A stretch of 64,000 bases of DNA from an uncultured delta proteobacterium (GCA_963736855.1 CAVTQK010000006.1:1-64000), one strand, 5' to 3'; positions 31,907-41,978 are shown, numbered from the stretch's first letter. Translations and numbers: made by a program. The notes: a model not told the origin generated them from the sequence alone.

Positions 31907-32515
31907 CTACTTTAAACTATCAAGTTCCTTTTTCGCCTTTTTGGCAAATTTATCAAGTTTAGGATTTCCTTTAGACAGTTGAAGCACCTTTTTGAAATCT
32001 TCCTTGGCATCTTGAATTTTGCCTGTCTTCTTATAGACAATTCCCCTATGGAAAATAGACTGAATATAATCGGGCTTCAACTTAATTGCTTCGTTTAGAT
32101 CTTTTATAGCATTGGTATATTCCTTTTTCGCATCATAGGTCATACCACGTATATAGAGCGATTTTTTATAATTTGCTTTTATCTCAATTGATTTATTCAA
32201 ATCCTTGAGTGCCTCGTCGAATTTTTTCTGTTTTAACTCTGCCAACCCTTTTAAATAATATGCCATAAAGTTGTTAGGGTCGCGTTCGATTATATTTTTA
32301 GCCAATTCAATTGATTTTTCGAAATTTTTTTCTTCAATCTCAACCTTGATCGCAGCGAAATCATCCTCCAATTCATCTTTTGTGCTCTTGGGTGTGCTCT
32401 TCGTAACATCTTCTTTCTTCTGCTCTTCCTTAGGTGGCTCATTTTTTGAGCCGCAATCGACAAGTATAAATAGAGACGATAAGAATAAAATAAACAATGC
32501 AATAGACTTTCTCAT
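31907..32515 (-). CDS. TPR-repeat (lipo)protein, AT-rich
   Basis: GGAGG RBS; signal peptide ending ..LVDC; several TPRs (AYYLKGLA, A.KDLN.AI.LKP). Confidence 0.85.
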   Translation of the reverse strand: MRKSIALFILFLSSLFILVDCGSKNEPPKEEQKKEDVTKSTPKSTKDELEDDFAAIKVEIEEKNFEKSIELAKNIIERDPNNFMAYYLKGLAELKQKKFDEALKDLNKSIEIKANYKKSLYIRGMTYDAKKEYTNAIKDLNEAIKLKPDYIQSIFHRGIVYKKTGKIQDAKEDFKKVLQLSKGNPKLDKFAKKAKKELDSLK

Positions 32516-32832
32516 AGAACCTCCATCAATCAACATATAACCAATGCGTTCCAAATAATAAATAAATTTGCCGTTTAAGTATCGCCGATCCCAAATTATA
32601 CATTATTTGTTGCTTTTTAAAACAAAAACATCTTCGGATATCGCAATAGATAAGAATCCGAAAGAATGTTAAAATCAAAAAGAAGCACTAAAAATTTTAT
32701 TTAAGCATAGAAATCTGGCGATTTCAAGCAAGAACTGATAAACAACCGGTCCGTTCACCTTCACTTGAATCGCGAAAACATTCGGATAGCCCCTTTGATT
32801 ATACATCACGTCTTATTGATTTTTCGCCTCTC

Positions 32833-33072
32833 ATGGGCTATAAGCTATGTTATCGAAAATCAGACCATGACGAACTTACCCACATGGGCTTCATGAAAGA
32901 GATCAAAAAGCCGGATAGGTGTTTTTCCTGCGGGTGCACCAAATTCTGCTGGACCCTTGAAAAAGGATGGGCCTGTCTCAGGTGTGATCCGCCGCCTCCG
33001 GGGATCCTGGGGCTTATCAAACGCGGGCGTCACCCGGAGCCCTCGGACGAGACGCCCGTAAACGAAGTCTAA
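32833..33072 (+). CDS. Small Cys-rich hypothetical protein
   Basis: CFSC...CLRC pair; 31 bp upstream of djlA; true start may be 32884 or 32893. Confidence 0.45.
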   Translation: MGYKLCYRKSDHDELTHMGFMKEIKKPDRCFSCGCTKFCWTLEKGWACLRCDPPPPGILGLIKRGRHPEPSDETPVNEV

Positions 33073-33103
33073 CCTTATAAATAGAAGAGAAGGATCCGAG
33101 CCG

Positions 33104-33859
33104 ATGGGTTGGCTTGGTAAAGTCATTGGGGGAACCATTGGATTTGCACTGGGCGGACCTCTGGGTGCTGTGGCCGGGGCGGTCTTCGGCCACGCTTTCG
33201 ATTCCGGCAAAGGAGAAGTCATCCCCGAGGAACGATTGCATCTCAACGCTTATGAAAACACCCAGCTCATCTTTTTTGTGTCGGCTTTCTCCATGCTGGC
33301 CAAGCTGGCCAAGGCCGACGGCCGGGTTTCCAAGGAAGAGGTGGACTCCATCGAAAAAATTATGCTTTACGACCTAAATTTAGACCCCCAGGGTCGGATG
33401 GCGGCCATGAACATCTTTCACACCGCCCTGAACTCTCCGGAGCCATTTGAAATTTTTGCGTCTCAGTTCTTCCGGCAGTTCAGCGGGCAGCCCCAGCTTT
33501 TAGAACTGATGATCGACATACTTTTTCGGGTCGCCGTGGCCGACGGTGTTTTAGGCCAGGCTGAGGAGGCGCTGATTCGATCCGGCTCCGCCGTCTTCGG
33601 TTTCGACGACGCTGAATTCGCCCGCCTGAAATCCCGTTACGTCCAGGTTACCCAAAAGTATTACGCAGTGCTGGGTTGCAATCCGAAAGACAGCAGCGAC
33701 GAAATCAAACGACAGTACCGGAAGCTTGTCTCGGAATATCATCCCGATAAGATCGCCTCCAAGGGACTCCCCGAGGAGTTTATGACCTTTGCCCATGAGA
33801 AGTTTCGCCAGATCCAGGAAGCCTACGAAGCCGTGAGAAAGGAGAGGGGAGTCATTTGA
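33104..33859 (+). CDS. djlA: Co-chaperone DjlA (TerB-like plus J domain)
   Basis: GKVIGGTIG TM, LAKADGRVS, YRKLVSEYHPDK. Confidence 0.92.
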   Translation: MGWLGKVIGGTIGFALGGPLGAVAGAVFGHAFDSGKGEVIPEERLHLNAYENTQLIFFVSAFSMLAKLAKADGRVSKEEVDSIEKIMLYDLNLDPQGRMAAMNIFHTALNSPEPFEIFASQFFRQFSGQPQLLELMIDILFRVAVADGVLGQAEEALIRSGSAVFGFDDAEFARLKSRYVQVTQKYYAVLGCNPKDSSDEIKRQYRKLVSEYHPDKIASKGLPEEFMTFAHEKFRQIQEAYEAVRKERGVI

Positions 33860-34919
33860 TGCTTTTGCTTCGACGCTCTGAAGTAATCCTGAAGTAGGTT
33901 TCCGCGATGTTTTCCGGGGGCACCCACCGCTCATCTTCCGACTTGGGCAGAAGTCGTAAAGCGCCGTTTTCGCAGGTGGCTACACATACCCCGCAGCCGA
34001 TACAGCGGTCTTCATCGATTCGGGCAACGTCTTCAATAATGACGGCGTCCATCTGGCAGCGAATGACGCAGGTCCCGCATGCTGTGCAGATTTCACCGTC
34101 CACCACCGCTCGGTAACTGGAGCACACCGCCAACGCAGGTTTGTCGAGTTTTTTGAGATTTTTCAGGATCTGGCAGCAGCATCCGCAGCACATGCAGATA
34201 TTGGTGGGTTTCTTGGCATTCCCCGGCTGCAACACGAGGCCCGCATCCATCCCTTGTTTGAGGATCGACAGGGCCTCTTTTTTGGAGATGGATCGCCCCA
34301 GGCGATTTTGCTCGTAGAAATGAGCGCTTCCTCCGAAGATGAGGCAAGTCTCCAGTGGGCGGCCGCACCCCTTGCCCATCATGGCGTGTTCCTTCCGGCA
34401 GATACAGGGAGCCACCACAATTTTGGACTGTCTTTCGATGATGGTCTCAGCCGCCTCGTAGGGCATGGTTTGCATTTCTGCGCGGATGCTGGCTGATACC
34501 GGGATCACCCGAAGTTGTTTGGTCTTGGGCTTGATCCAGCTTTCCTGAAGCAGATAGGGAAGGTAGGCGTTGACATCCTCGATGAGACCCACATCCAGTG
34601 TATTGACGTGATACTCCCAGATTCCCACCATGAACTGGGCTGCCATATACAGCGGCTCCCTCCCCTTTAAGGAGCGAAGGATCAGCCCTTTTTTTGACAT
34701 GGTCGCCAGGAGTCCGGCAAAGGACCCTGAGTCGGCATGTGCCCTGGCAGCGATGGTTTCCGGGCTTTCCATATTCATCGTCAGATGGACTGCGGCCGCC
34801 GCCTCTTCCGGAGTAAAAAGCCGCTTGAGAATCCGAATCTCTAAACCCGAATCCGTGGCTGGAAATCCTCCCGGTAACGTGTTGAGGTGCTCCGCCAATC
34901 GTTTGTAAACTTCATCCAT
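33852..34919 (-). CDS. 4Fe-4S dicluster protein with N-terminal HTH-like region
   Basis: CICR, CMCCGCCC, CTACGTC..RC, CIGCGVC..TC. Confidence 0.88.
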   Translation of the reverse strand: MDEVYKRLAEHLNTLPGGFPATDSGLEIRILKRLFTPEEAAAAVHLTMNMESPETIAARAHADSGSFAGLLATMSKKGLILRSLKGREPLYMAAQFMVGIWEYHVNTLDVGLIEDVNAYLPYLLQESWIKPKTKQLRVIPVSASIRAEMQTMPYEAAETIIERQSKIVVAPCICRKEHAMMGKGCGRPLETCLIFGGSAHFYEQNRLGRSISKKEALSILKQGMDAGLVLQPGNAKKPTNICMCCGCCCQILKNLKKLDKPALAVCSSYRAVVDGEICTACGTCVIRCQMDAVIIEDVARIDEDRCIGCGVCVATCENGALRLLPKSEDERWVPPENIAETYFRITSERRSKSIK

Positions 34920-35005
34920 GCCGTATCCTTATTTTGATCGCTTCCTGAAGACTTTTTTAAGCGAGATGTGATTCTTCTGACATGATTCCATCCATCGGTT
35001 TTAAA

Positions 35006-36331
35006 TCAAAGGATGGTCCCGAAAACCGCAAGGGAGGCGTCCACCTGTTCGATGCGGGCCGTCGCTCTCCTGCCGGGGGGCACCGTGTCGCTCTCCAGCC
35101 AGACCGGAATGTAGGTTTCACTGACCCCCTTGCAATACCCTTTCCCGAGATGGGCCTCCTTTTCCATCACAAGATCCACCCGCCTCCTTAAAGCGGCAGT
35201 GTAAAACTGTGCCCTTTTGGAACGCCCCAGTTCTCGGAGACGGCGGCACCTGGCCTTGGCCGTCCGAGAATCCACCCGGCCGCCGTAACGGGCCGCCGGA
35301 GTTCCGGGCCTTGGAGAAAAGGGAAAGACATGCAGGTATGCCAGAGGAAGGTCCTCGATGAAGGAAGCGGTCCGTTCAAAGGACGAGTCGGTTTCCCCGG
35401 GAAAGGCTACCATCACGTCTGCCCCCACGGCGGCTTCAGGCATGGCGGCAAGGATCGATCGGACGCGATCCCGATACATGTCCCGGGTATAGGGCCGCCC
35501 CATACGCTTGAGTATTTCATCGTCTCCGCTTTGAAGGGGCAAATGGAAATGAGGGCAGATGCGGGTACACATCTGTTGGGATTCAGCGGCAAAGTCGATG
35601 ACGGCATTCGTCAGCTCGTTAGGTTCAATGGAACTCAAGCGGACCCGCTCAATGGCCTGGCACGCCTCGATTTGTCGGAGAAGATCGAGCAGGCTGAAAG
35701 GCTTTTTAAAGTCACCCCCATAGCCTCCCAGATGAATCCCGGTCAAGACCACTTCCGGATATCCGGCCGCCTTCAGGTGCATCAAATGCTTCAGAACCAC
35801 TTCCGGAAGCATGCTCCGGCTGCGGCCCCTGGCATAAGGGATGATGCAGTAAGTGCAAAACGCGTTGCATCCGTCCTGGATCTTCAAATAGGGGCGCGCC
35901 CTCACATTGAAAAGGAATTTTTCAAGGAAAGGCTCTGCCGACGGTTTCAATCCAGGGAGCCCGGGTTTTTGAAAGGGGTCCTCATGATTCTCGATCATGG
36001 CCGAAACCATATCCGGGATCCGTTCCTTTTCCGACTGGCGTACTACGGCGTCCACACCCGGAATCGCCGCCATGGCATCGAAGGCAATCTGGGCGTTGCA
36101 TCCGGTAACCATGATCCGTGCGTCGGGATGGGATCGGATCATCTTCCTCACTGCCTGCCGGGATTGCATGGCCGCCTTTGACGTCACCGCGCAGGTGTTG
36201 ATGATACACAGATCTACATCATCTTTCGAACCCGACGGCACAAGCCCTAAAACCCCAAGCTCTTCCGCCAGGGATTCCGATTCGAACCGGTTGACTCGGC
36301 ATCCCAGGGTGATGATAGCAAAAGTTCTCAT
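35006..36331 (-). CDS. mtaB: tRNA t6A37 methylthiotransferase MtaB
   Basis: TLGCRVN, NTCAVT, KIQDGCNAFCTYC, LTGIHLG, HVFPFSPRPGT. Confidence 0.92.
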   Translation of the reverse strand: MRTFAIITLGCRVNRFESESLAEELGVLGLVPSGSKDDVDLCIINTCAVTSKAAMQSRQAVRKMIRSHPDARIMVTGCNAQIAFDAMAAIPGVDAVVRQSEKERIPDMVSAMIENHEDPFQKPGLPGLKPSAEPFLEKFLFNVRARPYLKIQDGCNAFCTYCIIPYARGRSRSMLPEVVLKHLMHLKAAGYPEVVLTGIHLGGYGGDFKKPFSLLDLLRQIEACQAIERVRLSSIEPNELTNAVIDFAAESQQMCTRICPHFHLPLQSGDDEILKRMGRPYTRDMYRDRVRSILAAMPEAAVGADVMVAFPGETDSSFERTASFIEDLPLAYLHVFPFSPRPGTPAARYGGRVDSRTAKARCRRLRELGRSKRAQFYTAALRRRVDLVMEKEAHLGKGYCKGVSETYIPVWLESDTVPPGRRATARIEQVDASLAVFGTIL

Positions 36332-37389
36332 GCGGGGTATCTTTCGCGGAACCTGGTTTCATCGATCCATCCTCCACCGAGCACCTCTCCGTCTCGGTAG
36401 AAAACCGCTCCTTGTCCCGGGGTGACGGCCTTCTGGGGAGTTTCGAAGCGCACCGAAGCGGTATCAGCCCCGGTGATACGAATGGTGGAAACCGCTGCCT
36501 GGTGCCGGTAGCGGATCCGGGTTCTTGCCTGGAACTCGCCGGAAGGAATGTCCCCGATCCAGCAAATTTCCTCCACGGCGCAGGATGCCGAAAACGTCTC
36601 CGCCTTGTTTCCCACGATGAGACGGCCGGTGCTTCCTTCCAGGGCCAGGACATAATAGGGTTCCTTTGCCGGGCAGTTGATCCTGCGCCGCTGCCCTACG
36701 GTGAAAAGGTGAAGCCCCCGGTGCCTTCCAAGGACGTTCCCCTGCCGATCCTCGATTCTGCCCGTTTTGGGCGAAAAGCCGGGAAGGGAAGCCAAAAATT
36801 CTCCATAAGAAGATCCCTGGATGAAGCAGACATCCTGGCTTTCACTGTCGATAACCGGTACAAGCCCCCTTCTCTGTGCCAATTGTCGGACTTGCCGCTT
36901 TGAAAAATCTCCTAAAGGGAAGAAAGCCTTGGAGAGCTGTGCCTGGGTCAGGCGGGAAAGAAAATAGGACTGGTCTTTTCCGGAATCTTTTCCCTGGTAA
37001 AGATGATATCTTCCGTCAGGCCCTAACCGGACCCTTGCGTAATGGCCTGTGGCCAGATGGGTTGCTCCCAGGTTTTCGCAAAACTTGAGCAGAAAACCGA
37101 ATTTGATTTCAGGATTACAGATCAGGCACGGATTAGGTGTACTTCCGGCCCCGTAGGACTTGACAAAGTAATCGACGACCCGTTCCCGGAACGGAACGGC
37201 AAGATCCAGAAAATGCATCGGGATGCCGAGCTGAACGGCAAGCCGTTCCATTTCCGGCTTGCCGGAGCCTCCCACAAAACCGTTGGCAAAGTGTACCCCG
37301 AACACATCGAATCCCTCTTCCTTAAGCAGGGCTGCCGCCACCATGGAGTCGACGCCCCCGCTTAAAGCCACCGCAATTTTATTTTTCAC
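36328..37389 (-). CDS. mnmA: tRNA 2-thiouridylase MnmA
   Basis: SGGVDS, PNPCLICN, ATGHYA, KDQSYFL, SQDVCF, TPGQ; GTG start overlaps upstream stop. Confidence 0.95.
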   Translation of the reverse strand: MKNKIAVALSGGVDSMVAAALLKEEGFDVFGVHFANGFVGGSGKPEMERLAVQLGIPMHFLDLAVPFRERVVDYFVKSYGAGSTPNPCLICNPEIKFGFLLKFCENLGATHLATGHYARVRLGPDGRYHLYQGKDSGKDQSYFLSRLTQAQLSKAFFPLGDFSKRQVRQLAQRRGLVPVIDSESQDVCFIQGSSYGEFLASLPGFSPKTGRIEDRQGNVLGRHRGLHLFTVGQRRRINCPAKEPYYVLALEGSTGRLIVGNKAETFSASCAVEEICWIGDIPSGEFQARTRIRYRHQAAVSTIRITGADTASVRFETPQKAVTPGQGAVFYRDGEVLGGGWIDETRFRERYPA

Positions 37390-37814
37390 TCGAAAAATAC
37401 CTGGTTCATGGGCCGGACTTCCATGGCCCGGCTCGGGCAGGCCGGTACACACAGCTCGCACACGCTGCATTTCTTCTGGTCAAAACCCACCGACATCTCC
37501 GGTCTCTGGACGTAAAGGGCGCCGGTTGGACAGACCGCGGTGCAGGCTCCGCATTGGGTGCATCTTGTACTACTGCGCTTGACCTCCTCTTCGGCATTCT
37601 GCACTTCCACCCCGCTCCGCTTGAGATACGCCACCCCTTCCTTGAAATCCTTTCTGGGTCCGGACAGCTCCATGACCATGACCCCCTCCTTACCGGGAAG
37701 GACTGAGGCATTGAGGATGTTGAAAATCAGGCCGAAATCCCGGGCCAGTTGGCATACAATGGGTTTTTGTGCTTCGGTTTTCGGAAAACGCAAAATGAGT
37801 ATTTTGGAGTACAC
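37386..37814 (-). CDS. NIL-domain plus 2x[4Fe-4S] ferredoxin protein
   Basis: FNILNA (NIL), CTQCGACTAVCP, CSVCELCVPACP; AAGGAGG RBS before GTG. Confidence 0.88.
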   Translation of the reverse strand: MYSKILILRFPKTEAQKPIVCQLARDFGLIFNILNASVLPGKEGVMVMELSGPRKDFKEGVAYLKRSGVEVQNAEEEVKRSSTRCTQCGACTAVCPTGALYVQRPEMSVGFDQKKCSVCELCVPACPSRAMEVRPMNQVFFE

Positions 37815-37863
37815 AGGAACCTCCTTCAAAAAAGATTAAACATGAAATAGATCATAGATAAAA

Positions 37864-38250
37864 ATGGGGCGTCGGGTCAAGGATTTAAAGGGGCAAAAGG
37901 GCATCGTCGTCCTGGATATCATGGGCATCAACGGATTCGAGCTGTTGAAGGCCTCGGTCAAACGGGGATTTCCCACGGTCATGCTCACCGCCTACGCCCT
38001 TTCGCCTGAAGCCCTGGAAAAATCCATCCGCCTGGGGGCCGTCTCCTTCCTGCCCAAGGAGAAGATGTCCGAACTCCCTGACTTTCTAACGGATGTGGTT
38101 CTGGGAGAGGGAAAACCGGTTTGGCGCAAACTCTTCGACCGACTCGGCACCATTTTCGACAAGCATTTCGGTCCGGACTGGAAAAAGAAAAATCAGTTCT
38201 TGAAGGATTTCGAATCCGCTCTTCGCCGGGAAGGAAAAGAGAAAAGATAA
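37864..38250 (+). pseudogene. N-terminally truncated receiver-domain protein, paralog of 38295-38849
   Basis: Similarity begins at VLDIMGINGFELL; lacks the first strand and acidic DD pair. Confidence 0.6.
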
Positions 38251-38294
38251 GGGACTATCAATTTATTTCGGATGCACCCCCAAAGCCGTAAACG

Positions 38295-38849
38295 CTATAT
38301 CTTATCCATAAAACGGATGTCTCGCTTGAGGCGCTCCTGGATGCCTTTACCCACCTGATAGGTGACATCGAACTCGGACCAGAACCCGCGTTCTTTTTCC
38401 CGCCATTCCGGGCCGAACCGCTCATCGAAATAGCTTCCCAGCTTTTCGAACAAAAGCTTCCAGGGAGGCTCCCCCCGTTCATAGGATGCCATCAGGTCGT
38501 TTAAAAGAACATCCAGCTCCGACATGGTTTCTTTGGGAAGATAGGAGATGGCCCCTTTCTGGATGGATTCCATCAGCACCTCCGGATTGACCGCATGGGC
38601 CGTCAGCATCACGGTCGGTATCCCCTGATCCACTGTTTCTTCCAGAAGCTTCAGACCATCGACCCCCATGATGTCCAGGATGGCAAGGTCATACTTTTTC
38701 GCTTTGATTTTTTCCAAAGCGCTCCGGTGGTCCTGGGCGGTATCCACAACGGCGTCTTCCAGGATATCCACGATGGTCTCCAGAATATCCGTTTCATCAT
38801 CGACGGCCAGAACGCGTTTGCCTTTGAGCCAGTTTTTCTTTTCCGTCAT
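38295..38849 (-). CDS. Response regulator (receiver domain plus short C-terminal extension)
   Basis: VLAVDDE, LDIMGVDG, MLTAHA, YLPK. Confidence 0.9.
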   Translation of the reverse strand: MTEKKNWLKGKRVLAVDDETDILETIVDILEDAVVDTAQDHRSALEKIKAKKYDLAILDIMGVDGLKLLEETVDQGIPTVMLTAHAVNPEVLMESIQKGAISYLPKETMSELDVLLNDLMASYERGEPPWKLLFEKLGSYFDERFGPEWREKERGFWSEFDVTYQVGKGIQERLKRDIRFMDKI

Positions 38850-38898
38850 GGGGTTCCCTCTCAATCCGCCTTATTTCCATGGCCTCCCCGGTTCTTTC

Positions 38899-40224
38899 TT
38901 AAAGAGCCGGAGCGCTGGTTTCAATGGCCTCCCAGAATCCCATGAGCTTGGGCAGCCATAACACCGCATCCTGCCAATACGTCATCAGGAATAGAACGGT
39001 AATCTGAATGATTAAAAACGGAATCACCGCCTTGGTGACATAGATGATGTCCTTGTTGGCGATGGCGCCGGTGATGTACATGCTCACTCCCACAGGCGGC
39101 GTGCAATACCCGATGGCCAGATTCACCGTCATGAGGAGCCCGAAATGCATAAAATCGATGCCGAAGGTCGGGAGAAGAGGAATGATCACGGGTCCGATGA
39201 TGAGTGTGGCGGAGATGACATCCATGAACATCCCCACGATCAAAAGGAAGATGTTCATGGCCATGAGAAACATCAAAGGCGAATGGATGTTGGCGATCAC
39301 CGCCTCGGCGATCTTCCCCGGAACGTTTTCAAAGGTGAGATAACGTCCGAAGCAGGTGGCGCCCGCCACGATGATGAGCAGGGTCGCCGAGGTCACGGCC
39401 GAACTTACGATGACTTTCTTGACCTGGTTGAATTTCATGGTTTTGTGGATGAACAGCTCCACGATGAAGGCATAGATACAGGCTACCACGGCGGCCTCGT
39501 TGGCCGTGAACATACCCCCGAAGGTCCCCACAAAGATAATCACCGGCAACATCAGGGACCAGAACCCCTCCCTGAGTATCGCCACGACCTCCCGAAAGTT
39601 TGGCACCGGCATGCGAACAATGCTTTCGTCCGTGCGGAAGATAAAAAAAGTATAAATGCACACCAGAAGCATGATCAGGATGCCGGGAATGAAACCGGTC
39701 AGAAAAAGCCCCTGCAGCGATACATTGGTGATCATGCTGTATAAAATCATGCTGATGGATGGAGGGATGATGATCCCCAGATTGGGGGATGTGGTCATGA
39801 GACCGATGGAATATTTCATGGAATACCCGTTTTTGATCAGGGACGGGATCATGAAACCACCCAATGCAACCACTGTGGCCACTGTGGACCCTGAGATGGC
39901 ACCGAAAAGTCCGCATCCCAGACATCCCGCCATCCCCAACCCCCCCGGAAGCCAGCTCACCGTGGTATTCACTACCTTGATGAGCTTTTCCACGATGGTG
40001 CCGGCGGTCATGATGTTTCCGCAAAGGATGAAAAAGAGGACCACCACCAGGGCGAAGTTGTCCATGCTCTGGTAAAAGCTCGAAACGATCATCATGGTCT
40101 GGGTATCGGGCGCAAAGAGGATGAAACCCAGGATCCCGGTGAAAAAGAGGCACATGTAGACCGGCACGTAGGCCGCCATGCCTCCCATTAACAGCAACAG
40201 GATGATGATGACACTAATATCCAT
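38899..40224 (-). CDS. dctM: TRAP transporter large permease
   Basis: FGAISGS, IIPPSI, FTANEAA, TPPVG. Confidence 0.93.
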   Translation of the reverse strand: MDISVIIILLLLMGGMAAYVPVYMCLFFTGILGFILFAPDTQTMMIVSSFYQSMDNFALVVVLFFILCGNIMTAGTIVEKLIKVVNTTVSWLPGGLGMAGCLGCGLFGAISGSTVATVVALGGFMIPSLIKNGYSMKYSIGLMTTSPNLGIIIPPSISMILYSMITNVSLQGLFLTGFIPGILIMLLVCIYTFFIFRTDESIVRMPVPNFREVVAILREGFWSLMLPVIIFVGTFGGMFTANEAAVVACIYAFIVELFIHKTMKFNQVKKVIVSSAVTSATLLIIVAGATCFGRYLTFENVPGKIAEAVIANIHSPLMFLMAMNIFLLIVGMFMDVISATLIIGPVIIPLLPTFGIDFMHFGLLMTVNLAIGYCTPPVGVSMYITGAIANKDIIYVTKAVIPFLIIQITVLFLMTYWQDAVLWLPKLMGFWEAIETSAPAL

Positions 40225-40256
40225 GATTAGGTGAATTCCTTTTCAGAAGGTCGGTT

Positions 40257-40769
40257 TCACGACCGGTTTTGCGCCGCCGATCTCTTGGCTCGAAATGCTT
40301 GGAGGTCTTCCCCCATGATCATCAGGGTCCGGATAAACATCAGCAATCCCATCAGGGGCAAAACCGCGTAGAGATAGGCGGTTGGAATCTCCAGAATCAG
40401 GGTCTTCTGACCGCTTACAACCTGAAGTTCCGCCAAAAGGTAGCCGAAGTAGATCATAACAACGGAAAAAAGAAGCGTGACGACATGACTGAAAATTGCC
40501 AGCGGATGTTTTAAAACCGGGACCAACTGCACCAGGGCGTCGATGCGGATGGTGGACCGGTTCTTTACGGCCACGCTGCACCCGATGAAGGTCGTATAGA
40601 GGATGACTTCCCGGACGAGTTCTTCACTCCACGCCAGGGAATAGTTGAATCCATACCGCATGACCACGTTGATAAAAAGGGAGACCATGGCCACCAGAAC
40701 GGTGATAAAAAGTGTCCATTCTTCAAAGAAAGTCAGGATCTTATCGAGAATCGCAAACGATTTTGCCAT
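40257..40769 (-). CDS. dctQ: TRAP transporter small permease
   Basis: VVMRY, WSEEL, IRID; four TM segments. Confidence 0.9.
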   Translation of the reverse strand: MAKSFAILDKILTFFEEWTLFITVLVAMVSLFINVVMRYGFNYSLAWSEELVREVILYTTFIGCSVAVKNRSTIRIDALVQLVPVLKHPLAIFSHVVTLLFSVVMIYFGYLLAELQVVSGQKTLILEIPTAYLYAVLPLMGLLMFIRTLMIMGEDLQAFRAKRSAAQNRS

Positions 40770-40804
40770 CTCATCATCCCCAGGGTCAAAAAGGTGCGCT
40801 TTGG

Positions 40805-40826
40805 AAAGGGGGGGCTTGCGCCCCCC
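40805..40826 (-). terminator. GC hairpin between dctP and dctQ (partial terminator or mRNA stabiliser)
   Basis: Minus strand GGGGGGC-GCAA-GCCCCCC-CTTT. Confidence 0.5.
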
Positions 40827-40853
40827 GTTAACTCAACCTCGGGTTATCAGGCT

Positions 40854-41978
40854 TTATGGTTTATAACCCAGAAAATTCTGAACTTCCTTGAGGAAGTTGG
40901 CGGGTTTGTAAGTATCTCCAGGATAGATTTTATTGATTTCTTCGGTATACTTGGCGTGTACGCTATCGCCAAGCTTCCGCATGGCGGCGATGTCATTATC
41001 GGGAAGCGAGATGAAGGTGACACCGGCAGCCTTGGCCTTGGCGATCTCTTCTGCTTCCTGGGCTTTGGACTGTTTATTGATATCGGCGCACACCTCTTTT
41101 ATGGTATCGACAAAGGTCTTCTGGAGATCCGCCGGGAGGGTTGCAAACCATGCCTTGTTGAAGACCCAAATAAAGAGCCCCTGGGCATAGTTTACATAGG
41201 TGTAGAATTTGGCGTCTTCAAACTTCTTGGTGATATTGCATACCATGGGGGTATGATCCAGACCGTCGATCTGTCCCTGTTTGAGGGCCATAGGAACGTC
41301 CGGCCAGGGCATGACCACCGGCTTGATCCCCCAGGCATTGTAAATCAAGTTATTGACCTCGGCTTCGGCGATCCGGAACTTGACCTTCTTGGCATCTTCC
41401 AGGCTTTTGACCGGAGTCTTGGACGCCCAGCCATAGGAGCCGTAGCCGGTGATGCCGAGCCCCATGATTCCCTGGTGGTCCATGGCCATCATGTAATGGT
41501 CAAAGAGTTGCTTATTGGATATGAACTTGTCGAGCTTTTCAAAAGAATCCACCAAAAACGGAAGGTTGACGAGGCCAAAACGCGGACCTAAAATCGTCGA
41601 GGCGACGGAACTGACCCCCATCCCCTGGATGGATCCCATCTGGAGTTGGTTGAGGACCTCTCTTTCACCTCCCAGCATGGAGAAGGGCTTATACTCGAAA
41701 TAGATCTGGCCCTTGGTCCGTTTCCAGAGCTCGTCCCGGATGGCAAACCCGGCGTAGACACCCTTGATGGCCGGAGAAGACACGTTGGAAACGATCATCT
41801 TGTACTTGGCGCCGGAGGGATCAAACGCCGGCTTCCACGCATCCAGGGGAGATTTCTGTGGCTGCTGCTGGGCAGGCTGCTGCTGGGCAGGCTGCTGCTG
41901 GGCAATCGCAGATCCCGCTATGAACCCCACCACAAATGTTAAAACTACCAAAACAATACCCACTTTTTTCATCGCCAT
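40854..41978 (-). CDS. dctP: TRAP transporter substrate-binding protein
   Basis: Signal peptide, LGGEREVLNQLQMG, NLPFL, KFR, ALKQGQIDG; QQQPA repeats. Confidence 0.92.
   Translation of the reverse strand: MAMKKVGIVLVVLTFVVGFIAGSAIAQQQPAQQQPAQQQPQKSPLDAWKPAFDPSGAKYKMIVSNVSSPAIKGVYAGFAIRDELWKRTKGQIYFEYKPFSMLGGEREVLNQLQMGSIQGMGVSSVASTILGPRFGLVNLPFLVDSFEKLDKFISNKQLFDHYMMAMDHQGIMGLGITGYGSYGWASKTPVKSLEDAKKVKFRIAEAEVNNLIYNAWGIKPVVMPWPDVPMALKQGQIDGLDHTPMVCNITKKFEDAKFYTYVNYAQGLFIWVFNKAWFATLPADLQKTFVDTIKEVCADINKQSKAQEAEEIAKAKAAGVTFISLPDNDIAAMRKLGDSVHAKYTEEINKIYPGDTYKPANFLKEVQNFLGYKP

Noticed and set aside
31091..33100. Intact tRNA-integrated prophage or island with attR
   Set aside because: No integrase, phage genes or repeat of the tRNA 3' end seen.
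35330..40153. Long alternative ORFs 35330-36181 (+) and 39329-40153 (-)
   Set aside because: They overlap mtaB and dctM in other frames and have no recognisable protein features.
41860..41905. 15-bp tandem repeat (gctgctgggcaggct)
   Set aside because: In-frame QQQPA linker in DctP, not a separate element.
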